Shown here: one piece after another, positions 35,512-44,125 of the stretch
Position numbering within the stretch: position 1 is the stretch's first letter
How the letters are laid out: each line of letters begins with the position of its first letter
Assembly: GCA_965204735.1 (NCBI GenBank)
Contig: OZ242008.1
Span: forward strand, 904,191 to 968,190
Length of the DNA stretch: 64,000 bases
Direction: 5' to 3'
From: Longimicrobiales bacterium
Lineage (GTDB): Bacteria > Gemmatimonadota > Gemmatimonadetes > Longimicrobiales > Gaopeijiaceae
The notes under the pieces: generated by a model
Told to the model about the DNA's origin: nothing
Database searches by the model: none
The model's input: the letters and a program-made list of their open reading frames with translations, nothing else
Made by a program: the position numbers and the translations under genes

Positions 35512-38314
35512 CCTCCAGGGCGAGTTCCGTCTGTCCGAAGATAGGGCCTTCGCTCTCTCGATCATAAGCGGCCCCTTCAACGACACTTCGCCAATTGGCG
35601 TTCAGCTTGGAGAGGGCGCGCAACTCGGTGGTCGTGGTCGCGTCCTGCGCCTCGGGGCGTGAAAGCACTGGCGCACAGAGTGCCTGAGTGACCAACCGGA
35701 GCTGCTCCTGGCTCGGTCGCGCCGACTTCAGGAACTCCCGGACCTGGATCGGCCGGTGGTCGAGCAACCAGAGCAGCCGGTGGATGACGTCGATTAGCGG
35801 GGCCTGTCGGCCGTTCGTACTGATGCCCAGCCCGTCGTCGCTACCGCGCTCCTCGAAGGTCCGGACGCGGAATTTGCTCCTGGACTTCTCGACCAGGCAC
35901 GGAGGGGGGCCGGAGAGCCCCTGTGGACCGTCGATCTCGATGCCCTGCGGATAGCAGAACACGTACGCGTCGCCGGCCTGGATGAGGGATTCACGATAGG
36001 TAAACCTCCATAGGACGTAGAAGCGCGTCTCTGGGTCCACGGAGCCGACGGCTGCTCCACGCAAACCGAAGATCTCGTCAAGCATGACATCAAGTACGAC
36101 GCCCTCGACGTCGCGGAGGTAGAGTTCGGCGGGCACGATTTCGCCGTTGGCGTACTCGACCTTGGCGAACCGCGTGTAGGCACGCAGGCCCGCGCCGACC
36201 GCAGCCATAAGGAGGTCTGCACCTCCAATTCCCTTGCCTCCCGCCCATAGGGTCGTCACGCGTTCGCGTGCGATGTGGAGAAGCTCCGGCTTTACCTGTG
36301 CCTCGTACCGCCCGGTCTCGGTCGTTTCGCGGCGGCGAGCGACGAAAAAGATGCTGTCGGAAAGCGCGGCGGCACCGAGCGCGTTGACCCTTCCTCGAGA
36401 CTCCGTCTGCACCGGCCATGCCTCGGTGACCGTGAGCCCCGCCCCAACTAGCGCACGAATCAATGTGGCCCATCCCTCCGTCGTTCGGTGGGCGTAGACG
36501 CAGACCAGTGGGGCACCCGGCTTCAGGACGCGACGGGCTTCTGCGAACGAGCGGCGCATCATGTCTTGATAGTGCATGTTCGCCTTCTTTGCGTCCCCGC
36601 CGTGCTCGCTCGGCTGTGCGACCGCCTCGCGCCGCTTGGGCGGCACAGGCAACGTGAAGTGCTCGGGGTAGAGATCACCGACGATGCGCTTCAGCCATAC
36701 GTAGAAGAACGCGGACAGATCCGCGTAGTATATGCTGCTATAGTACGGCGGGTCGGTGACCACCGCGTCGAAGGTCTCGTCGTTGTAGAACAGCTTTTCC
36801 GCGTTGCCGCGCGCAACAACCGATGGCTGGCCGACCTTGGCGAGCTCTCGAATACAGTACGCTTCCCGGTCCAGCGCGAAGGGGAGGCAGCCCTGGGTGT
36901 GCGCTAACCCATTGATCTCTGAGAAATCGTAAATCATCTTCAGGGCTTGCCGATCACCAATAGCTCCTATCGTCCTCTGCACTCTGGGCTCCCACCGAGA
37001 GAACTTGTTGAATGTGACGACGAAACGGCCGAACGCCATCGCGAAATAGGTCGACAGCGCTCGTGCCCGGTCCTCGGCCATACCCTCCTTCAGCATTTCG
37101 GCGTGGGCCTGTCGAATGTTTTTGATCAGGGTCAACAGGACCAGTAGCTGTCGAGGCGTGAATAGTTCGCGATACGTATTCACTCCATAGTTAGGAAGTT
37201 GGTCACCAAGTTTCCCTTGAAGCATACCACCAGGAGGCTCACAACCGAGTTCCCCCTCAAGCTTCTCCAAACGCTGCTCTATCTCGTCCGCCGGCAACTC
37301 TACCGTGACATCCGGGGGCAAGTATACTTTGGTTCGCCTTTTCCTCGATTTACCTTCTGGCGGCAACGAAACCACTACGGCAGCAAGCGATTCTTTCATC
37401 CTGTCGACTGTCGCCATTTCCTTGACGTGATCGGCAGGGGCAGGTGTATTGCATGCGACGCAGACCGCTTGTCCCGCGCCAGTCTGCGCCTCTTGTTGGG
37501 AGACTTCTCGGATGGACGCACCGGAAACGATGTCCCAGCAAAGTCGGTTGCCATCTTCGATTTGGGGAACAGCGGCAACGGCTCCGTTCTTCTTGCGTAG
37601 CCAAGCTTGGCGAACGAGCGGCACCGACGTGCCGCATCCCGGCCGACGACAGGGCACAGTGCGCGCCCAGATGCAAGCGATCAGGGTTGCTTCGCGCGAC
37701 GGAGTGGGTGAATCTGATGTCCGGTTTCCGAAGAGGGTGATCTGGGAAGCGACCGCGTCCGATTCAGGTATCCGGACGTCTGGGTAAAGGTCGCCAACAT
37801 CCTTCTTCACGCGTTCGAGGACAACCCGACCCCAGTGTTCGAAGTCGTCGGCCAACTTCGGTCCGAACGTCTGTGGATACGCTAGCGTACATAGTTCGAT
37901 CAGGTGGGCTACCGGGTTGTAGTCGAGCGCGTGGCTCTCGCAACCGAGACGGGCGGCCTCGAGCGGAATCGCACCTCCGCCCGCAAATGGGTCCAGCACC
38001 TTCGGCGTCCGGCCACCGTGCGCCTCCAGGATGTGTCTGCGAGCCTTCTTGACGACTTCCGGATCCGGCTTGAACGCAGCGAGGTTGGCAACGAAAGACG
38101 CGGCTTCCCTACGCTCGTCGTCCGATTCCGGCGCAGCGACTAGGGCGGCGTAGACCGCGGCGCGCGATGCGGTGATCGGACGGCGAGCGGGCCAGTAGTG
38201 GATCATCTCCACGTATCGCCGGGGATGCAGCTTCTCGTGGGATGCGATGGCGTTGAGCGCGTCAAGAGGAAGGTAGTCCTCGATCAGTCGGCGGTCATCC
38301 ATGATCCATGTCAT
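35498..38314 (-). CDS. DUF1156-type DNA methyltransferase (DPPY motif, Zn-ribbon insert)
   Basis: It has the DUF1156 N-terminus 'RLIEDYLPLDALNAIASHEKLH...IHYWPARRP', motif I 'VLDPFAGGGAIPLEAARLG' and motif IV 'VVTDPPYYSS'. Cys pairs 'CRRPGC' and 'CVAC' are present. The start is at 38314 or 38302, and both overlap the helicase 3' end. Confidence 0.8.
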   Translation of the reverse strand: MTWIMDDRRLIEDYLPLDALNAIASHEKLHPRRYVEMIHYWPARRPITASRAAVYAALVAAPESDDERREAASFVANLAAFKPDPEVVKKARRHILEAHGGRTPKVLDPFAGGGAIPLEAARLGCESHALDYNPVAHLIELCTLAYPQTFGPKLADDFEHWGRVVLERVKKDVGDLYPDVRIPESDAVASQITLFGNRTSDSPTPSREATLIACIWARTVPCRRPGCGTSVPLVRQAWLRKKNGAVAAVPQIEDGNRLCWDIVSGASIREVSQQEAQTGAGQAVCVACNTPAPADHVKEMATVDRMKESLAAVVVSLPPEGKSRKRRTKVYLPPDVTVELPADEIEQRLEKLEGELGCEPPGGMLQGKLGDQLPNYGVNTYRELFTPRQLLVLLTLIKNIRQAHAEMLKEGMAEDRARALSTYFAMAFGRFVVTFNKFSRWEPRVQRTIGAIGDRQALKMIYDFSEINGLAHTQGCLPFALDREAYCIRELAKVGQPSVVARGNAEKLFYNDETFDAVVTDPPYYSSIYYADLSAFFYVWLKRIVGDLYPEHFTLPVPPKRREAVAQPSEHGGDAKKANMHYQDMMRRSFAEARRVLKPGAPLVCVYAHRTTEGWATLIRALVGAGLTVTEAWPVQTESRGRVNALGAAALSDSIFFVARRRETTETGRYEAQVKPELLHIARERVTTLWAGGKGIGGADLLMAAVGAGLRAYTRFAKVEYANGEIVPAELYLRDVEGVVLDVMLDEIFGLRGAAVGSVDPETRFYVLWRFTYRESLIQAGDAYVFCYPQGIEIDGPQGLSGPPPCLVEKSRSKFRVRTFEERGSDDGLGISTNGRQAPLIDVIHRLLWLLDHRPIQVREFLKSARPSQEQLRLVTQALCAPVLSRPEAQDATTTTELRALSKLNANWRSVVEGAAYDRESEGPIFGQTELALEDDDR

Positions 38315-41300
38315 CCGGTCTCCCGCAAACCTCTGCCTGATCCACCGTCTCCTGATCGAAAGCGGCCTGTTCCACAGCCCTTGCCGGGAGATCATAGTAT
38401 CGTGCGGCCACGACCTCCTTCTTGGCGTAGTCCAAGTGCTTGGCGGGGTTCTGGATCATCAGCGGAGTCGGGTCCGGGTTGTCCAACGGATCCCAGACGA
38501 CATAAAGCCAGTAGGTGTCGGCGAGCTGTTGCGCCTTGTACCACTCGTTGGTGGTCAGCCGGACGGGCTGGCCGCGTTGTCGGCCCTTGACCTCGATGCG
38601 GCGCACACCGGTCACAGGGTCCCGGTAGCCCGTCTGTGGGTCCGGCGGCGCCAGGCTTCGAACGTCGAAGCCGATCTTCTGGTGCCCGACCCGCTCGCAC
38701 TCGCGGCCCTGGGCCTCCTCATAGGCGACGACAACGTCCTCCGCGGCAACCTCGACCCGCTGCGTCAACGCCGGGTCGGGTTCCTCTCTGAATACGAGGG
38801 CGCGCTCCGTATCCGTGTCGGGAGGCAGTACCAAGCAGCTCGCTATGTGCCGCACGGGACCGTGCCGGGCGATGCGAAGCCGCTCAATACCGGCCAGGCG
38901 CTCCTCCTGTGTGCGTTGCAGATCGGCAAGATCCTGTTCCGCACGCTGACGTGCCAGCGTTACTTCCGGCTCTTTTGGCTCCCGGGCCCGTAGCCCCATC
39001 ACCCGATCCTGCGAGGCACGGGCACGAGCGGCGAAAGACTTCTCGAGATAGTCGCGCGCTACTTCCGCATAGTGGCCGCGTTCGGCCTGGGCGTCTCGCC
39101 GCCGCTGCATCTGGATCGTCGCCTTGACATAGTCGCCGACGAGGCCTTGGTCGATCCCGGGCAAGGTCACGGACGGACTCGGATGGGCAGGCAGATCGAT
39201 GAGCGCGTCCGGCGGCACTGTGCTGAAACGATCCGCAACGGCGATATCTTCGCCGCCCTCCTCCCGCACGGCCACCAGCTCGGAATGTATCGTCGTCGCC
39301 TCGCCCTTGGTGTTCTGGCCCTGTACTGGAATCTCGTAGAAATGGAGACGGTAGGGAGATTTCCCGTGCGGGTCCACGTACACGGCCGTCTGGCCCGCAA
39401 GCCGCTCGCCAAGGCTGTCTTGCAACCTCTCGTCCACGGCGGCGTAGAGCGGATGTCCGGGACCGACGAGTACGGCGTCAAGGTGCCGATCCTGCTCCAG
39501 GTGCTCCTTGTAGAAGGTCAGCTTGCGGTAGCTCGCCTCGGGCTTCCCATGGCGCCGGACCGCGGCAAGGCGCTCGGAGCGGAGCTCGGCGCGCACGTGC
39601 TCGATCCGCCAGAGTCCGTCCGCTCTTGGCTCTGTCCGCAGGCCCACCGCCCTGGCAGCGTTCAAGAAGTGGGATTCGACATAGCGAGGCATGAGCCGCC
39701 GCTCCTCCGTTTCCAAGTTTGCCCGTGCGAAGGACGAAAAATCTACGTGGGCGCGGGCCAATGCAATCCCAGTCGCGTCTTCGTACAGATCGAGCTGCTT
39801 CGGATCGATCCGCTCAATCGCATCGAGATAGTCGTCGAGGCGGCGCGGCTCATAGGCCACCTCCCGAAGCATTTCCGGCAGGTTGACCTTGTTCAGGGAG
39901 AGCACTTCGCCGACGACGTCGAACACTCGATCGCCGAGCGCATCCCGCATCCGGTTCAACTTGCTCAGCAGGCGCTCCAGAATACGTCCTTCGATGACTG
40001 GCTGACCGTCCTGCGACGAAGTGGCGACGAAATTGAAGGCGTACACATCGCGAGACTGCCCGATGCGGTGGATGCGGCCAAGTCGCTGTTCGAGACGGGT
40101 TGGGTTCCAAGGCAGATCGTAGTTGACCATCAGGTGACAGAACTGGAGGTTGATGCCCTCTCCGGCGGCCTCCGTCGCCACGCAGATCTGGCGGCTAGTT
40201 CGGAAATCTTCTTGAGCCTGCTTGCGCTCGTGCGGGTTCATCCCGCCGTGAATTTCGCATGTCGAATACCCCCAGGACTCGAGATGGCTCCTCAGGTGGT
40301 TCAGCGTGTCCCGGTGCTCGGTGAAGATAAGGAGCTTACCGCGTCCGTCCTTCAGTTCGTCGAATTCCGTTCGTTCCAGGCACTCGCGCAATGCGACGAG
40401 CTTGGAATCGAGGCCGCCTTCGCGCAATCGGCCTACGCTCGTCGCGAGGTCCCGTAGCGCCGCGACCTCGGCCCGTAGCTGACCCAAGGCGAGGGCCGCT
40501 GTAGTCTCGTCGATGAGACAATCGCGAGATGCGTCGTCGAGGTCGTCTTCGTCCTGTTCTACGTCGGCAACTTGACCTGATGCCTGCGCGAGTCGTCTCG
40601 CCCGCTGGGCAGGGGGCAAGTTGTCGAGTTCGTCAACCAATTCTCTTAGCCGTGTTCGACGACGAATCAGCGATTCGTGAATTGCGCGGGTAGAGCTGGC
40701 CAAGCGACGTTGAAATACCGTGCGCACGAGAGCGACGCTGTTCTTTCGCCTTCCGGTCGTTTGTGGAAGGAACTCATTGATGTATGCCGTTACCGCCTTG
40801 TAAACCGCGTACTCTTGTTCGCTGAGCGCAAAGCTGACCGTGTGTACGTGGCGGTCCGCAAACAACCGACGCCCATGCAGGTCCTTGAGGTCTTCCTTGA
40901 GCCGTCGAAGCGACCACGGGCAATCTTGGCCGAGTTGTAGTACATCGCGTCGAACATGAGCGGCTTCTTCGCCTACGCGATGGGGTTCGGGGAACAGGTC
41001 CCGGTCGATAAGCCGGATGAAGTGTGCGAACCGGTCATCGTCACCGTGATGAGGCGTGGCTGTCAAGAGCAGCAGGTGGTCGCAATGTTCGGAGAGCCGC
41101 TCGGCGAGCTGGTAGCGCTTCGTGCGCTCAATCCCGTCCCCGCGACCGGTGGAGTACTTGGTACGAGCACTGCACTTGTGGGCTTCGTCGATGATGACGA
41201 GGTCCCAGTGCTGCCGCCACACGCGCTCCCGCACCTCGTCCCGCTTGGCGTAGTCGATGGAAGACACGATCTGCGTCTCTCGCTCCCATAGGTTTAGGAA

Positions 41301-41930
41301 CTGCTGCTGGTCGTTCGCGGAGTGAACGACCTGGAACGTTTCATTGAAGAAGCGGAGTAGCTCGTCCTGCCACTGAATGGTCAACGGTGCCGGAACGAGG
41401 ATCAGGCAACGCTCGACGGCCTCTCGGAGCTTGAGTTCCTTGATGAGAAGGCCGGCCATGATCGTCTTCCCCGCGCCCGGATCGTCGGCGAGCAGGAAAC
41501 GCAGGCGCGGCTGTGGTAGCATCCTACGGTAAACCGCGTCGATTTGATGAGGCAGAGTGCGGATGCCGGAAAGGCTGACCGCAAAGTGACGATCGAAGGT
41601 GTACGCCAAGCGGATACGAGCCGATTCGATCAAGAGCCGCATCTCCTCGGGATCGGCGGGTTGCGCCGCAGCGACTTCCCGTGGGTGATCACCCGACGCT
41701 ACAGCAGCGGCGGCTTCCTCCGAAGAGATGATGGCCTCTTCAAGCGCTCCGTCGGGCAGGCGCACCCGGCATTCGTAGCCGGCGGAATCAGGTGCCGCAA
41801 GCGTTCTGACGTCTTCGAGGACGACAGGTACATCGAAGTGCCCCGGTAGCGAGAGTCGTCGTCCGACCCATTCCGACAACTGGGCCTTCGTCTTCCCGTT
41901 CGTCTCGTTCTTGAGTGCCTGTAGCGTCAT
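38295..41930 (-). CDS. SNF2-family helicase with C-terminal DUF3883/restriction-endonuclease-like domain
   Basis: Motif I is 'LADDPGAGKT', II is 'VIIDEAHK', III is 'LLLTATPHHG' and VI is 'QRLGRIHRIGQ'. The C-terminus reads 'RIEVKGRQRG..VRLTTNEWYKAQQLADTYWLYVVWDP'. The start is at ATG 41930; GTG 41993 is also possible. Confidence 0.8.
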   Translation of the reverse strand: MTLQALKNETNGKTKAQLSEWVGRRLSLPGHFDVPVVLEDVRTLAAPDSAGYECRVRLPDGALEEAIISSEEAAAAVASGDHPREVAAAQPADPEEMRLLIESARIRLAYTFDRHFAVSLSGIRTLPHQIDAVYRRMLPQPRLRFLLADDPGAGKTIMAGLLIKELKLREAVERCLILVPAPLTIQWQDELLRFFNETFQVVHSANDQQQFLNLWERETQIVSSIDYAKRDEVRERVWRQHWDLVIIDEAHKCSARTKYSTGRGDGIERTKRYQLAERLSEHCDHLLLLTATPHHGDDDRFAHFIRLIDRDLFPEPHRVGEEAAHVRRDVLQLGQDCPWSLRRLKEDLKDLHGRRLFADRHVHTVSFALSEQEYAVYKAVTAYINEFLPQTTGRRKNSVALVRTVFQRRLASSTRAIHESLIRRRTRLRELVDELDNLPPAQRARRLAQASGQVADVEQDEDDLDDASRDCLIDETTAALALGQLRAEVAALRDLATSVGRLREGGLDSKLVALRECLERTEFDELKDGRGKLLIFTEHRDTLNHLRSHLESWGYSTCEIHGGMNPHERKQAQEDFRTSRQICVATEAAGEGINLQFCHLMVNYDLPWNPTRLEQRLGRIHRIGQSRDVYAFNFVATSSQDGQPVIEGRILERLLSKLNRMRDALGDRVFDVVGEVLSLNKVNLPEMLREVAYEPRRLDDYLDAIERIDPKQLDLYEDATGIALARAHVDFSSFARANLETEERRLMPRYVESHFLNAARAVGLRTEPRADGLWRIEHVRAELRSERLAAVRRHGKPEASYRKLTFYKEHLEQDRHLDAVLVGPGHPLYAAVDERLQDSLGERLAGQTAVYVDPHGKSPYRLHFYEIPVQGQNTKGEATTIHSELVAVREEGGEDIAVADRFSTVPPDALIDLPAHPSPSVTLPGIDQGLVGDYVKATIQMQRRRDAQAERGHYAEVARDYLEKSFAARARASQDRVMGLRAREPKEPEVTLARQRAEQDLADLQRTQEERLAGIERLRIARHGPVRHIASCLVLPPDTDTERALVFREEPDPALTQRVEVAAEDVVVAYEEAQGRECERVGHQKIGFDVRSLAPPDPQTGYRDPVTGVRRIEVKGRQRGQPVRLTTNEWYKAQQLADTYWLYVVWDPLDNPDPTPLMIQNPAKHLDYAKKEVVAARYYDLPARAVEQAAFDQETVDQAEVCGRPDDMDHG

Positions 41931-42300
41931 TTGGGCGTGTGATTGGCCAGGAGACAATCCAAGACAGCACGTCAAGATACTACTAGGGAACACGCCGGAT
42001 GTCCACCGGGGCCTGGAGAGAGCGGCCTACCACGGCAGAAACGGTCATGTTTGGTCGCATATCCCTATATGATCCAGGGTCCTGAACGGGCTGCTGAGGT
42101 AGGCGACGGCGACGAAGTTCTCGGTGGACGCGGTACCGCGGGCCCGGAGTTTCGCCGCCTAGACCAGCGAGTTCATGGCCTCCAGTATCCCGTTTCTGAT
42201 CCGCGAGCGGAACCACGCTACGCGATGCCCCTCGTCCGGCCGGTCCCCCACAGCCCCGTCCGCCCCGGGCGGAACCCGGAGACCCGGACGCAGGACCGCC

Positions 42301-43395
42301 TCAGACGAAGCGGTAGAGCCTTACGTCCAGGGACCGCGTCGCCCGTTCGGCGTCCCGCCACTGGACCATGATCGGGCTCTGGTAGGTGCCGCTGGGGATC
42401 ACGCTGGTTCCGTCGCCGGCGAGGTCGAGCACAGGGAGGCTGATCTGCCGCTTCATGCGCAGGAAGTGGGAGACGGGGACCGCCAGCGCCCGATTCACGA
42501 TCCGCTCCACGACCGACCTGCGCACGCCCATTCGATCCAGCAGCGTGTTGAGGACCTGCACGGCGTCGAACTGGGCGTAGTTGAGGGTCTTGGCGGGAAT
42601 GGCCCGGGGGTCCCGCAAGGCGTTTCGGCCTCGCTCGGCCATGAACCGCAGGGGATCCGCCAGCACTTCCCGCAGGTCGTGCGTCATGAGCAGCGTTTCG
42701 TACTCGTTGACCGTCAAGCCGGCGTTCCGCTCGTCGGGCGCGAGGGAGACGTCGAGTCGGCCGAAGGACACTCCGTGAGCTTGCGCAAGCTTCCGCAGCT
42801 CTTCCATGACCCCGAGGTTCGGGTCCCGCAGGTTGCATGCGTCGAGGGCGTGGGACGGCGCCTCCACGTCCAGGGTCAGGCGGGCGACTTCGGTCTCGCC
42901 GCCGTAGGCCACCACCGTGGTGCGCCGGCGTCTCGTTCCCGCGTCGTGGACCCCGTCGAGCTCCACGAACCACACCGGGTCGTCCCGCTGCTCGTAGGAC
43001 ACGCAGTTCTTCAGCCCCGCGCCGATGAAGGTGAGGTGCGAGTCGGCGTTCTTGGGCTCGTTGGCCCGCTGCTCCTCCGACAACTCGGTGCGCAGGTGAA
43101 GCTTGTCGTGGACGTAGCCGGCGTCCGGCGGAAAGAGCTTGCGGAAGACCTGGAGGAACTCCTGCACGTTCTCGTCGTCGTGCTCCAGCCTCTCGGCGAT
43201 CCGCTGGTCCAGGTAGCCCGCCGTCGTGTGGTCGGAGACGTAGAGCGCCTTGGGGAACTGGGTGAAGCTGCTCCCGAACTCCTTGGCCAGGCTTCCCCGC
43301 ACGTCGATCAGCTCGATCCGCGACGAAGGCTTGATTCGCAGGACGGCCTGGAACGGACCGTTGCCCGACGAGCTGCGGTGCTCCAGCTCAATCAC
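42301..43395 (-). CDS. YjbQ/UPF0047-like domain protein with long C-terminal extension
   Basis: The N-terminal half has 'YVSDHTTAGYL...NADSHLTFIGAGL', resembling the UPF0047 signature. It uses a GTG start. Function is unknown. Confidence 0.5.
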   Translation of the reverse strand: MIELEHRSSSGNGPFQAVLRIKPSSRIELIDVRGSLAKEFGSSFTQFPKALYVSDHTTAGYLDQRIAERLEHDDENVQEFLQVFRKLFPPDAGYVHDKLHLRTELSEEQRANEPKNADSHLTFIGAGLKNCVSYEQRDDPVWFVELDGVHDAGTRRRRTTVVAYGGETEVARLTLDVEAPSHALDACNLRDPNLGVMEELRKLAQAHGVSFGRLDVSLAPDERNAGLTVNEYETLLMTHDLREVLADPLRFMAERGRNALRDPRAIPAKTLNYAQFDAVQVLNTLLDRMGVRRSVVERIVNRALAVPVSHFLRMKRQISLPVLDLAGDGTSVIPSGTYQSPIMVQWRDAERATRSLDVRLYRFV

Positions 43396-43623
43396 GGGGA
43401 CGCTTCTCGATCACCGGGCGCTTCCCAGCTCAATCACGGGCACTTCCCTGCAAGAGTTGCCGCCTGCCCAACTGCCGCCGAACCCACCAATTTCCACCGA
43501 ACAGTCGGAAACGGCAAGCCTTGCCCTGCCTTTCGGGCGGCGGCTATCGTTGCGGGTCCAGCCGGGGGGCCGGCAGGGGGCCGGCGGGTCGGGGCGCAAG
43601 TCGCAGGGACAAGGAGTGGGCCA

Positions 43624-44094
43624 ATGTCGCGAGCCGGGAGTCTGGTCAAGGAGCTGGAGACGTCCCTCAAGTACTTCAAGGCCACGCTGGCCGTCTTCGA
43701 AGAGGGCGATTCGGGGTTCGCGCCCCGGACCGAGCTGTACACCGTGGCGGGGCACGTCGCCCACACGGCGGACTCGGTGGAGTGGTTCGTCGAAGGGGCG
43801 TTCGGCCAGGGATGGAACACGGACTTCGAGGCGCTGATCGCCGCTGCCCGGGCCGTCGCGTCCTTGTCGGAGGCCGTCGAGTGGCTCGACCGGGCGTATG
43901 CGGGAGCGGTCGAGGCGGTCGGCGCCGCAAGCGACGAAGAGCTGGCCGAACCGATCCCCGACCGGCGGATCATGGCCGGAGCGCCTCGGGCGGCGATCGT
44001 CGGCGGCATCGTGGACCACACCGCCCACCACCGGGGCTCGCTTGCCGTTTACGCCCGACTTCTCGGCAAGACGCCGGCAATGCCTTACGGCTGA
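43624..44094 (+). CDS. DinB-superfamily protein
   Basis: It is a four-helix-bundle type protein with His ligands 'AGHVAHTADS' and 'IVDHTAHHRGSL'. RBS aaggag precedes ATG 43624. Confidence 0.7.
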   Translation: MSRAGSLVKELETSLKYFKATLAVFEEGDSGFAPRTELYTVAGHVAHTADSVEWFVEGAFGQGWNTDFEALIAAARAVASLSEAVEWLDRAYAGAVEAVGAASDEELAEPIPDRRIMAGAPRAAIVGGIVDHTAHHRGSLAVYARLLGKTPAMPYG

Positions 44095-44125
44095 TCAGGC
44101 GTCAGGCCGGGCCGGGACGGTTCGC

